From Octopus sinensis (Eukaryota): a DNA stretch of 64,000 nucleotides. The stretch spans positions 126,108,001 through 126,172,000 of the forward strand of contig NC_043000.1 of assembly GCF_006345805.1 (NCBI RefSeq), in the 5' to 3' direction. The translations under genes were made by a program, and so were the position numbers. The notes under the pieces were generated by a model, which worked only from the letters and a program-made list of their open reading frames with translations, was not told the DNA's origin and did not search any database. Positions 37,157-49,135 of the stretch are shown here, piece after piece. Every line of letters starts with the position of its first letter. Position 1 is the stretch's first letter.

Positions 37157-37476
37157 GTATTGGACCTCACGAAGGCAAAGTAGCTGAGATCCTTTTGAGC
37201 GTTGGGCCTCACGGAGGCTAAGTGGCTGAGTTCCTTTCGAGCACTGGGCCTCACAGAGGCTAAGTGGCTGAGTTCCTTTCGAACATTAGGCTTCACAGAG
37301 GCTAAGTGGCTGAGTTCCTTTCGAACATTAGGCTTCACAGAGGCTAAGTGGCTGAGGTCCTTTCGAGTGTTGGGCCTCAAGGAGGCTAAGTGGCTGAGTT
37401 CCTTTCGAATGTGGGGCTTCACGGAAGCTAAGTGGCTGAGTTCCTTTCAAGTGTTGGGCTTCGTAGAAGCAATGAC
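37157..37476 (+). repeat. 42-bp tandem array (7 full units + 1 partial) at the 5' end of a truncated RTE copy
   Basis: Units such as GCGTTGGGCCTCACGGAGGCTAAGTGGCTGAGTTCCTTTCGA start at 37157, 37199, 37241, 37283, 37325, 37367, 37409 and 37451. The last runs into the RTE ORF end (..GFVEAMT). Confidence 0.95.
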
Positions 37477-37603
37477 TAAAATCTTCATTATTATGTCATC
37501 AAGCCAAGCAAAATCACAGTTGTGGCAGAGACCGGTGTCATGCAAATGGCAAATAAAAGCACCCATTACACACTTGGAGTGGTTGGCATTTGGAAGAGCA
37601 TCC

Positions 37604-37985
37604 AATGGAAATCGATCAATGGAAATTGCAGATGTGTTACCAGTCCGGTGGCATGTAGAGAACTTTCCGTTTCGCGACCGTTGCCAGCACCGCCCGTTTT
37701 TTGTCCGTTGCCAGCCTCGCCTGGCCCTCGTGCCGGTGGCACATAAAAGCACCATCCGTTCGTGGCCGTTTGCCAGCTCTGTCTGGCACCAGTGCGGGTG
37801 GCACGTAAAAAGCACCCACTACATCACGGAGTGGTTGGCGTTAGGAAGGGCATCCAGCCGTAGAAACACTGCCAGATTTGACTGGCCTGATGAAGCCTTC
37901 TGGCTTCACAGACCCCAGTAGAACCGTCCAACCCATGCTAGCATGGAAACGGACGCTAAACGATGATGATGATGATGATGATGAT
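37604..37985 (+). mobile_element. young RTE 3' end nested in an older RTE copy
   Basis: The host sequence GGAAGAGCATCCA|GCTGTAGAAAACCATG is split by a CpG-rich copy with its own (GAT)n tail; short ATCCA duplication. Confidence 0.7.
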
Positions 37986-38820
37986 CCAGCTGTAGAAAAC
38001 CATGTCAAACCAAACTAGAGTCTGGTGCAGCCTTCCAGCCCTGGTCAAACTGTCCAATCCATGCCAGCATGGACAACGGACTTTAAATGATGATGATGAT
38101 GATGATATGTGTAGGAAATTAGCATATTTTTAAGAGCAACATTGGCTGAAATACATGTCTGTATAATATATGTAGAAAATATATATTTTGTATGTGAACT
38201 GCTACTGTGGCATTATGGATATTTCATTCAGAGATGAGAAAAGTGCTGCAGAAATATTTTAATATTTATACACGTGCTACAAATTATCACTACTTAGAAA
38301 TTATCAGTGTGTATGTATATGTTCACTTAAGTGTAACAGTAATGGGTTAGTAAAATGATAGTGGAAGCAACATTCTCTAAAGATGTAGTTAATAATCTGA
38401 AAATTTATAATATTGTTTAATCCTCTTGATACCAACCCACCTGAGACCACTCTTAGTTTTATGATACAAACTTCCTGTTTTAATATGATTTCCCATCAAA
38501 GCTTCATGCTAATTTAGGCGCCAAACACCAGTTTAATAATGACAGTCATCTTATGAAATTTTCCATTATTTTCAAAATTATTTGAAATAAAAGCAGTGTA
38601 TTTCAACAGAAATATAACAGGAGGGCTTGAAGCAGATGCTTTATATATGGTAGAATTTTTTCTGGAAAGCCAAGCATCCATGTAGAAATCACCTATGCTG
38701 GTGCCATGTAGAAAGCACCCATGCTGGTGCCATGTAAAAGGCACTGGTGTTGGTGCCACGTAAAAAGCATCCAGTACACTCTGTAAAATGGTTGGCATTA
38801 GGAAGGGATCCAGCTATAGA

Positions 38821-39077
38821 TAATAAATAAATAAATGCGCCCTTTTAAAGCCTAGCCAGGCTCATGGGCCCAGTTTCCCCGGTTTCTATGTTTTCTGCAG
38901 CTGGACAGGATGCCAGTCCATCGCAGCGTTACTCATTTTTGCCAGCTGAGTGGACTGGAGCAACGTGAAATGAAGTGTTTTGCTCAAGAACACAACGCAT
39001 CGCCCGGTCCAGGAATCGAAACAACAATCTTACGATCATGGTGCTGACACCCTAACCACTAAGCCATGCGCCTCCAC
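38821..39077 (-). mobile_element. tRNA-headed SINE inserted in an RTE 3' end, 13-bp TSD
   Basis: Perfect ATCCAGCTATAGA at 38808-38820 and 39078-39090; (TTTA)n tail on minus. Confidence 0.85.
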
Positions 39078-39312
39078 ATCCAGCTATAGAAACCATGACA
39101 AATAAGACAATTGGAACCTGATGCTGCTCTCCAGCTGGTCAACTCCTGTCAAACCATCCAATCCATACCAGCATGGAAAACAGACGTTAACTAATGATGA
39201 TCATGAAAGAAAGAGAGAGAGAAAGAGAGAGGAGACATAGGAATAAGGAACTTCCAAGATGCTTATGCAGTTTGTTGAATTGTATCCTTCATTCAGCAGC
39301 TACTCTTTTTTA

Positions 39313-39725
39313 TTTTACTTCTTTCAGTCATTTGACTGTGGCCATGCTGGAGCATCGCCTTTAGTCAAACAAATCGACTCCAGGACTTATTTTATCTGTC
39401 TCTATTGCCAAACCGCTAAGTTACGGGGATGTAAACACACTGACATTAGTTATCAAGTGATGGTGGTGGGGATAAACACAGACACACAAATATATACATA
39501 CACACATGTATATATATGTGTGTGTGTGTGTGTATATACATATACATATATATATATACATACAATGAACTTCTTTCAGTTTCCATCTACCAAATTCACT
39601 AACAAGGCTTTGGTCGGCACAAGGCTATAGTAGAAGACGCTTGCCCAAGATGCCACGGAGTGGGACTGAACCTGGAACAATGTGGTTAGGAATCAAACTT
39701 CTTACCACACAGCCACTACTGCACC
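39313..39725 (-). mobile_element. major CORE-like SINE
   Basis: Family identity with 63581-63991. Confidence 0.8.
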
Positions 39726-39770
39726 AGAAAATAATTTTTTTTTAAAACAAATGACTGAACACCAACTTAC

Positions 39771-39876
39771 CTAATGTTTGAACATGTCCATGTTCTGGAA
39801 GTATATATACCTGGAGTTATGTTACCACAAGATACTTTTCTGTTGTAGATTAAGCTTGTTGGCAGGAATGATTTAT
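39771..39876 (-). CDS. internal coding exon of the unidentified minus-strand gene
   Basis: TTTTTTACTCATTTTTAG| acceptor and AG|GTAAGT donor. The only open frame is KSFLPTSLIYNRKVSCGNITPGIYTSRTWTCSNI (phase 1 to 2), phase-compatible with the 27521 exon. Confidence 0.65.
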
Positions 39877-41444
39877 CTAAAAATGAGTAAAAAAATAGAG
39901 AAACAGTCAATAACAACGAAAATCAGAAATACTAATTTGATAGCACATTTTCAAAAAGAATATTCATGCTGACTTGGTGGTGGATGAATACAAATGTAGT
40001 TACATTTTAACTGATATAAATATTTCTAAGCTGACCTTTAAGTAACGCAGGTTAGAAGTTAGACACAATATGTAAGGTGATGCCAATAAATAAAAGCACA
40101 GACAAGATAGTGTGTCATCCTACATAGATTGTTTAATACTTCTATTATATTTCAGCCTGCAAATAATAATAATACTTTTTTCTCCAAACTCTTGGGTGAT
40201 TTTTCTATTTTACATTTGATTTAAACACCCCAGCCCCAGCTCCTGCAGATGACCTAACCAGGTCATCTCTTTCTTGTCCTTCCACTCACTGCAATATCAT
40301 TGTTACTGCTTTTGCTGCATCCTGACCCCCAACTCCTTTGCATCCCTCTATCTTCACCAACTCAAGGTTCCTTGCTTGGCACCCTTCAACCCTACCAATT
40401 TTGGCAGTCTACCTCCACCACCTCATTCTCCTTCCTAAACAATCTTACAAACTGATTCTTCAACTCCCCTTGAGGGGCCACCCAAGCACCTTATCACCAT
40501 TATCTATCTCTTATAGCTCCTACTGTTCATTTTTTCCCTCATTCCCCTACCCCAGGGTTTGTAGTTCTGCAAGCTGCATAGCAACCTCAATAGTGCAGAT
40601 GGTATGCAAAAACGCATTCAGTCCATGCTGTAAAATGGTTAGTGTGAGGTAGGACATCTAGGGTAACATCCATACCAAAACAGACATTGGAACACGATGC
40701 AGTCCTTGGACACACTGGATCCTTGTCAAACCATCCAACCCATGCTAGCAAGAAACATGGACATTAACCCTTTAGTATGTAAACTGGCAATCTCTGGCCC
40801 AAATATTCTACCTGTTTTATACTCAAAATGGCCAAATTTGGCATCTTTCACATACCCTACAATGACATTTAAAAAATAAATATTGTCAAAATCTTGAAGC
40901 TACAAGATAATGCACAATTAAATCAAAACAATGTGAATAAATAAGCATTACATTTGAAAGAATAATCTCATGGCTAAAGGATTAAATTATGATAATGATG
41001 CTTTCCCACAATATAAAAGAAGCATTAAAAAGACCCCCTTCAGTTATGAATGACCATGGGATTGCACCTAGGTTACCCTCCAAGGAACAAGTCCAGGCAA
41101 GGTTGTTTATGGAAGACCAGCAGTCTCCCTTGCATACCAGCCTCCCCTCTCCACACCACCAATGTTACCCGAGGGAAAGGCAAAGGCTGACACAGCTTGG
41201 CACCAGTGACACTGCAACTCATTTCCTGCAGCTGAGTGGACTGAAACAGAATGTCTTGCTCAAGAATACAACACACAGCCCAATCTGGGAATTGAACTCA
41301 CTACCTCATGAATGAGAGCCGAATGCTCTAATCACTGAACCATGTGCCTGAGACACATTAAGCAACCTATATATGGTAATACAATGTCTTGTCTTTATTC
41401 TCATTTATTGTCTAAAGATCTTCTTCAAAATATATTTACACATC

Positions 41445-41551
41445 GTAATATCTACGGCAGTACATATTCTAAAATTGGAACAATACAGAGAAGATTAGCA
41501 TGGCCCCTGTACAAGGATGACATGCTAATTCGTGAAGCGTTCCACATTTTT
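41445..41551 (+). pseudogene. RNU6: full-length U6 snRNA retrocopy
   Basis: 107 nt ending ...GTGAAGCGTTCCACATTTTT, with ACAGAGA box and AGC triad intact. Differences from canonical U6 are mostly CpG-type transitions (AACAAT, CCTGTAC, CATG). The 5' stem is degenerate. Confidence 0.95.
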
Positions 41552-41825
41552 CCTTGACTGGCTTCCGTGCCAGTGGCACATAAAAAGCACCAACCAATCG
41601 TGGCCGTTGCCAGCCTCCCCTGGCCCCTGTTCCGGTGGCACACAAAAAGTACCCACTACACTCTTGGAGTGGTTGGCATTAGGAAGGGCATCTAGCTGTA
41701 GAAACAGTGCCAGATCAGACTGGAGCCTGGAGCAGCCTTCTGGCTTCCCAGACCCCGGTCGAACCGTCCAACCCATGCTAGCATGGAAAACGGACGTTAA
41801 ATGATGATGATGATGATGATGATGA
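41552..41825 (+). mobile_element. 5'-truncated RTE 3' end fused directly to U6
   Basis: Starts CCTTGACTGGCTTCC, which is internal sequence in the longer copy at ~23370; ends with (GAT)n. Confidence 0.85.
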
Positions 41826-42172
41826 CATTGCAATGCTTCAAACAAATTGCAGTACTCTTTTATACTTTAACTGTTAATTCATTGAAACAATTGATGCACC
41901 TCACCAGCAATATCATTATATTCAAAGAGGCACAGAAATCTTATTACCTTGTCAATATGCATGACCAAACCTAACAGGAAGATTAACTAAATGCTTGTTT
42001 ATTGTTAATAAGATTATAATTTTTTGGACTATTAACCTCAGCTTGACAGGTGAAACATTTACTATTTACATCTCCTCTACATTTCTTACCTACAATCATC
42101 ATCAGATGTTCTATTCCTTGATGTACACACAATACTAGATGGGATTCAAACTAAGAACCTTTACTTCTAAAC

Positions 42173-42470
42173 TAGTGGTTTTCATTTGGGGTCCTTATAA
42201 GATTTTAGGGGTCCACATAAGCAAAATAGAAGACTGGGTCCATGATAAAATTTTGTTTTAGATGTAGTTATTGCAAGAAACAGCTATATTCCTTTCTCAG
42301 GTGTTTTACACAGTTCGGCCTACACAAGGATATGTGTGAATAACAAAATAGGAATTTTGAAAGAAGTATCTACAAAACTAGTTTTTAAACACTGACTGAC
42401 CATGGGGGCCCATCAGAATTAAAATAGTAATCAAAAGGGTCCATTGATAAGAAATGGTTGAGAACCACTG
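42173..42470. mobile_element. hAT-like MITE
   Basis: Termini TAGTGGTTTTCA...GGTTGAGAACCACTG resemble CAGTGGTTCTCAACC TIRs. The 8-bp flanks are decayed (TTCTAAAC/ATCTGAAT). Confidence 0.55.
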
Positions 42471-45454
42471 ATCTGAATAAAAGGTAGTGACACTTATTCA
42501 TCAAGCCATGGCAGAAACTCAGGAAATCAAAGAATTAATACAAGGATTAATACAAGGAATATGACAAGTGAAATCTGAAGATACAACCTCAACAACACAA
42601 AAGCATGAATAAAGAATTTTTAATTTGGTACAAAGCTACCAATAATGAGGAGGGGATAGTTAGTTGAATCTGGTAGAAAGGGGATAGTTAACTGAACTGA
42701 ATAATTGCTACTTCCTCAACACCTCCCAGATGGAACGATAAGAGTCAATGCCAGCATGAGAGGATTAAAACTGAGAACATGGAGAGCCAATAAATCACAC
42801 TGTTACATATTTAGTGAAGATGTGTGGCCTTGTGATTAGGGTGTTGTACTCATGACTGTAAGATTATGGTTTCAATTCCTGGGCAGTGACAGGTAACCAA
42901 GACCTTTGGCAGTCAAGCCAAGTGAGATTGTAGCTGTGGCCAATGCTGGTGTCATGTAAATGTCACTCACTACACTTTTGGAGTGGTTGGCATTAGGAAG
43001 GAAATCAAACCGTAAAAACCAGGCCAAATTCGATTGGAATCTGATGCAGCTCCCCAGCTTACCAGCCTTTGGTCAAACCATCAAAATCATGCCAGCATGG
43101 AAAACGGACATTAAATGATGATGATGATGATGACAGTGTACTGTGTTCTTGAGCAAAATGTTTTCCCGGTGTTTCTGTTCCACTAGCAGGCTGAAAACAA
43201 CCTGAGTCAAAGCCTGCCTGATAGCCATGCTGTTTTCCCATCCATGCACTGAAGACTTGGCTCGACCCTTTCTTCCCAAATTTGCAACCCTAAGAAATCC
43301 ATTCTGATCCATATTATCATATTATTCTTTAGTTTCATCTTAGGTTTGATTGAGCAGACTGATAATCGAAAGCAGTCCAGTTATGACCATCCCATCTTTT
43401 TTGTACATCTAGGACATTGTCCAATGAGTCCATATTTTTTTTTAAACTTAGCTGCTATTTCTAGTAGGTTGAGCAACCATGCAGTTGGTCCTTTTTCTTT
43501 TTTTTTTTCTTCTCACTTCTTTTATTAGCTAATGTTTTCAATACAAACATGACCCAAATCAACAGCACCGATCTCACCAGTCTGAAGAAGATTACAAAAG
43601 GTCATTGCCCTTCATCTCAGACTAAAAAGGAGAAAAGGTTACGCTGTTCAGTATCTTAGTGGAAAAAAAAAAATCCACACACAGCAGTAAATAATTCAGT
43701 TGTTGATGTTGTTACCAATGATAATGATGATGATGGTATTCGTCATTGTCATAGTGACAGTAAAGTGTAACCATTTCTTAAATAATCATCCTCATCAATC
43801 ATTATCTCATTAAGTGTCTCTGTTTACCACCATTTGCCCATGTCACTATGGTAACTGTACAACTGAATACTCAGAGCTTCTGATGGCAACCAGAGCATGT
43901 AGGAGATATGGGAGAACGAGAAGAGGAGAGACAGTGATGAAGTAAATATTTCTTATATTATCATAATTGCTGGGGAGAAAATTGTATTACTGACAGTCCA
44001 ATACAAGATCCAATACAAGATCAGATTCCAATATCCAGCTGAAAATATGTCAGTAATCCCTTTATGAAAGACACAGTGATCGTTAACCTTCACTATCCCT
44101 TTTTCCATAAATGCAAGGCTTTATACTTCAATAAAGTCTGATACAAGAATGAGCCAATGATTTTCAGAGAAGGAATTAGGTAGCTGTGACATTTTCCAAG
44201 GATTGACAACTTAAGGCAAAACTCAAAACTAATTTCTTATTATAGTCTATTAGTCACAGTAATATACATTAGTTATTGGTCTTAAAAGTTCTTCGTCTGT
44301 TATTAATCTGCAACCTTTAGCAATCAAGGGGTATGAACAGTAAAAGAAAGAGAGAAAAAAATAGGATCAATAAATCATTTAGTTCATTGAAACCGTATCA
44401 GGACAATTATCCTCAGAGGACAATTCCCCCATCCCCACCCCAATAGGACAATTCCTCTCCGACAACAACTACCCGTAATTGTCCTTGGAGGGTTACTGTC
44501 CATGGGAGGCAAATGTCCTAGACTCATTGAAACACATTGGTATTGTTGAACCCCAAGTCAACCCTGCTCAAACAGACCTTTGATCAAAAGTGTTCCAGCC
44601 TTAACTATTCCATTTTTCTCTAAGAATTATATTATCCAATATACCTTCCTTTTTTTAAGATAATACAATTTATGAGAGATATGGTTCATATTTCTAACAG
44701 GTCAAACAATGTAGTGCTTGTTCATTGGTTTGAAAACATTGGTGTTATTAGAGAAGGTTGAAAGTTTGGACTTCCTCAACCCTCAAAACAGTGAGCAGCA
44801 ATGTTAACCTTAGTAATCTTTTAACTCGTTTTAGTAATTTAACCGTGACCATGCCTTGAAGGGTTTAGCTGAACAAATCTACCCCAATACTTACTTTTTT
44901 CTGAAGTCTGAAACTAATTCTATCTGTCTTTCATACTGAACCGCTAAGTTACAAGAACATGAACAGACCAAAGTGTGGTTGAAAAACACAAACACACATT
45001 TACATATGATGGGCTCCCCAGTTTTTGTCTACCAAATTGACTGAGACTGTAGCAGATGACATTTGCCCAAAGTGCCATGCAGTAGGACTGAACCTGAAAC
45101 CACATGGCTGCAAAGTGAGCTTCTTAACCACACAGCTATGCCTGAAGGGAAGGGTCATGCCCATAACCCTTTATATTTTTTTCAGGCCCCACCCAAAAGT
45201 GAGACAAGAAAATTATCTTCCAACTGGGACTTGACCTGAGTGCCCGCAGAGTTAACTGCTAAAGGCACCCTAGGATCAAGTGCTGGATTAAGTTGACTAC
45301 CCAAAAACACGAATATTAACAATTCCACTAATCCATTGTGTCACTGCTCCCATAGTTTATCAATTCTCCACCCCTCCAATAAGGATAAAAGGAAGAGGTT
45401 AATCTTTGAGGAATTTGAACTCAGAGTATAGAGGTTGGAATAAATACTGTTAAG

Positions 45455-46190
45455 TACTGTATATACTCAAGTAATAGTCGATCTCAAAAGTCAACACCCT
45501 ATTTTAGGCCAAAAATTGAGAATTTTCCATAGACCCCGTATAAAGGTTGACCCTAATATTTCAAGAACAACAGGACCCTAACCTTAATTTGTGAGTCATG
45601 GTACCATATAAACCTGTATGTAGAAATAATACTGTTACAAAATTGTGTGGCTGCCTTACTGTACTTGATGGGGGGAATACTTGATGCTTATAAAGGAATG
45701 CTCGGTGCTTATAGTAAAACACCATTTAATAGCAGGCACTACACATCTGTTGATGGGTGCAACATCACCATTACTAAAATACATGTAGAGAAAATAGTTC
45801 AAGACTACATACATCTTAAAACAGAATAAACACACGTGTCATACACTCGTTTACGTGGTGAGAAATGTGTTTCACAGGCAGCACTATTGGTGAATGTTGG
45901 CAAACACCACTGTCTGAATTCGTACAAAGGCATGACTTTGGTAAACCTAAAAACATTCAATTAATCACTAAATCAGTGGTTCCCATTGCATTTTTCTCAT
46001 CTCCAAATACAATAAACACATACATCATATGCCCATCTTTTTACATGCTGAGAAAAGTGTTTTACAGACACCACTATTGGCAAACAACAGCAAACACCAC
46101 TGCACATGGCATCCTGCAACTTCTTTTTAAAAGAGAAAGTGTAAATATTTATAAGAGCTATGTGGTCTTGTTTATGGGTTTTGTTATTTA
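45455..46190. mobile_element. possible degraded Tc2/pogo-like DNA transposon fragment
   Basis: The left end TACTGTATATACTCAAGTAATAGTCGA resembles Tc2/pogo-type TIRs. No matching right TIR or clear transposase found; right boundary is a guess. Confidence 0.3.
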
Positions 46191-48368
46191 CTAGAAATTT
46201 GTAATGTTACCATAATTCATTGTTTTTGTTTTTATTCGCTTAGCGATCAGTTGGGCTTGTGTTGCTGATACAATACTTCTGATTCTAGCTTGAATATCTG
46301 TTCTCAACATCATCGTTTAGCATCCGCTTTCCATGCTAGCATGGGTTGGACGGTTCAACTGGGGTCTGGGAAGCCAGAAGGCTGCACCAGGCCCAGTCTG
46401 ATCTGGCAATGTTTCTACGGCTGGATGCCCTTCCTAATTTATGCATAGTAAATCAACAAAGAATACATATGTATATATGCATGTATACACACACACGTTT
46501 GTTTTTATGTTCATTTATAATAAAATAAAATTTAAATGTTGAAGTGAATCCAACAGTTTTTGTGTGTGTGTTTTTTTTAAATGGCTTATAAACACCTTCC
46601 ACGCTGCAATTGTTATAATAAAAACAATTCTACATTAATCTGATGGGTTACTCTATACTTTTGTAGAGTACAAATTTATTATACTTAAACAAGAATATTA
46701 CTGACACTGACTTTCAGTCAGTTAAGCCATCTCCAGACATCATGCTCGACTTGGGCTCTGGTACATACAGGCCCTACTGCAACCAAATGAGAGGCTAACA
46801 TACATCAACACAGCTTCCAGTCACCCACCCACTGAGTTCAAAAACCTGGTGAAGCGTGTTAGTAAGAGAATCCCTAACCTTTCCTCCAGCCAAGAGATTT
46901 TTGATGCTGCAGCCCCCTACTATAACAAGGCCCTAGCTGCTAGCAGATTTAGGGACTGCATCTCATACATGCCAGACCCCAACATCCATAAAAGGAAGTA
47001 CCACAGAAATTGCATTTGGTTTGCACCCCCTTCTCCTTTAACATAAAAACGTCTGTAGGTAGGAAATTCCTTAAGTTAACAGATAAACATTTCACATGTT
47101 CACATAAGTACAGACGCATTTTCAACAGGCACACCCTTAGAGTCTCATTTAGTTATGCCCCCAATATTAAGAACATTCTAGTTAGCACATCCTGACGACA
47201 AGCAGAGGCAGGATGTTATATGCAGGGACCACAACAGATGCCCAGTGAGGGGCCACTGCGAAACCAAGGGAGTTGTCTATGAAGCTGAGATACTGGCTGA
47301 CCCTAACAGCAGCTCCCCTAATGGCTACCACAGTAACATGGATGTCAGTACCAGTAGCAGTTCAAGAATTTGGACCTGGAGATCTCCATTTCCAGTTATT
47401 TTGAGGGCCACCTCCCAGTGGTGTCAGGCATCAACCAAGAGCCCTTGAGTACAACAAGACAACCAAAGTTTTTTTTCCAAGGTCTGGGGTCTCCTGCCCC
47501 TAAGCCCTAGACCATCACCTAATCACCCTTACCCATCTTGTTGCTTAACAACAACAACAGCAGCAGCAGAAGCACAAACAGAGCCGACAGTACTATCACT
47601 CGCGATAACAGAAACAGTAACATCAACGACAGCAGCAACATCATCAGCAGCTTCCTTAATGGCAACAGTAGCAGGCACAACAGTTCTAAAAGCAGCGGTG
47701 GCAGTACCATCACCAGCGATAACAACAATAGCAGCAGAGCCATCACCAATGACATCTATAACAGCAATGAGAGTGCCTCCATCAATGATGAGGGCCATAA
47801 TAATAACAACAACACCTTTATAACACCAGCAGTATTGGCACCAACACTATCGCCACCTACAATGATTCCAGCACCAACAGCACCAGTTCCAGCGACAACG
47901 GTGGCACCAATGTCAACACCAACAGACAGCATTGCCAACACCCGACCAAGGAGATACTTTGGCTGTTCTGGGAACTCATTCAAACAATGCCTCTCCAACC
48001 ACACATCCTCCTTCAGGATACCAGAAAGGCGATACGTCACATCATTAACCAGCAATGTATGGCAGCTGATAGACAATGGGATTCCATACACAATATCAGA
48101 GAATCCTAGAAAATCCAGGCCCCTACATAAACGGGACCAAGGGCTGTAAATTATGCATAGCAGAACAGGCGAAGATCCTAAATAGCTCTCTCAACCCAGG
48201 GAACATCCTAAACTCCAGAACAGGTCTTCGGACCATGCTTACCATTTCAGGAAATTCCTGCTGGCCTATTGGAACCCACAGGATGGCAGGGTCACCAGCA
48301 ATCGATAGCCAAATGGAGACAATCCCCTTTGTTGACATTGAATAACAAGGTCTTTCCTCCTCCATTTT

Positions 48369-48410
48369 CTAGAGAGGCCACTTGCTAGAGAGGCCACTTG
48401 CTAGAGAGGC
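48369..48410. repeat. 16-bp tandem repeat x2.6 (CTAGAGAGGCCACTTG)
   Basis: Seen directly, between the PLE ORF end and the hammerhead. Confidence 0.9.
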
Positions 48411-48420
48411 TTTAAGCCAA

Positions 48421-48499
48421 CAGGTTTGGAGATTTGATGATATGCCATAAAGCTAAGCCCTTTATGGACGTGAAACCTAAAGTAATCTCATAAACCTGC
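48421..48499 (+). ncRNA. type I hammerhead ribozyme (degenerate core) of the Penelope-like element
   Basis: Stem I CAGGTTT..GAGAT / ATCTC..AAACCTG. Core TTGATGA (C3 to U) at 48434-48440. Stem II CCATAAAG/CTTTATGG. GAAAC-CTAAAA-GTA gives a minimal stem III, with cleavage predicted after 48485. Confidence 0.8.
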
Positions 48500-48575
48500 C
48501 TTATCTAACTTTAATATATACTGTTCTATAACTCAGAGTGTGCTTCTTTTTTTGGATTTATGTTTTTACAGATGA

Positions 48576-48577
<2 letters not shown>

Positions 48578-48621
<44 letters not shown>
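48578..48621. repeat. (TA)n microsatellite
   Basis: Seen directly. Confidence 0.95.
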
Positions 48622-48626
<5 letters not shown>

Positions 48627-48634
48627 AAAAGTAA

Positions 48635-49134
48635 CTAGCAGTATCGCCCGGCGTTGCTCGGGTTTGTAAGGGAAATAACTATATAAGCATTTTTAGAGAG
48701 TTACTTCCCTTATAGATGTCAATTCGGGCTTTCTTAGCCATTTCTGTTTTGGTGTCTTCAAGCCATGAAGTCGTTGTTCTAAAAGAACGCTGGTCTCCTT
48801 GACAACGCTTTACGACGTTGATTTCCTTACACTCCCTTCCCCACAGCTTCACGAGGGAGGGGAGAAGCAAACAGGTTCAGGTGTGACCATGGACGCCAAC
48901 TCCGCCGCCATCGACACACGAAAAATTATGCATTAAAATGGAATAAAAATGTTAAATTATTTTTAAAATCGTAGACTCATCGTAGACGCGCGCTAATACT
49001 CAGACAGGCTCGATATGAATCACGACTATAAGATACCCGAATTTGGTTAAACTGCACCGCGAAATGTGGGAGTAGTTAGGAATCTAAATCGAAGGGTACA
49101 GACACTCACACAACTACAGTTTTATATATATAGA
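48635..49134 (-). mobile_element. non-autonomous Helitron (500 bp)
   Basis: On minus: 5' A|TCTATATATATAAAA, and 3' hairpin CCCGAGCAACGCCGGG followed by CGATACTGCTAG|T. CpG-rich, hence probably young. Confidence 0.85.
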
Positions 49135-49135
49135 T

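Larger units (their letters stand above)
46735..48500 (+). mobile_element. 5'-truncated Penelope-like element (RT thumb, Cys linker, GIY-YIG), frameshifted
   Basis: LDLGSGTYRPYC.PNERLTYINTASSHPP; CIWFAPP; FLKLTDKHF..HKYRRIFNRHTLRVSFSYAPNIKNI; C.CRDHNRCPVRGHCETKGVVYEAEI; RRYFGCSGNSFKQCLSNH; PYINGTKGCKLCIAEQAKIL. These follow the PLE RT C-terminus / GIY-YIG pattern (Neptune-like linker). Confidence 0.9.

Noticed and set aside
37157-37476. CRISPR-like appearance of the 42-bp array and of the RTE 3'UTR modules
   Set aside because: Units are contiguous without unique spacers, derive from RTE sequence, and there are no cas genes; the context is eukaryotic.
37202-37921. 239-aa ORF as a real gene
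   Set aside because: It is made of the minisatellite plus two nested RTE 3'UTRs.
41445-41551. Functional U6 gene
   Set aside because: CpG-type substitutions, a disrupted 5' stem and direct fusion to an RTE tail indicate a retrocopy; I could not identify upstream PSE/TATA elements.
47538-48149. 203-aa mucin/Asn-rich ORF as a host gene
   Set aside because: It runs directly into the PLE YIG motif and is flanked by frameshifted PLE sequence.
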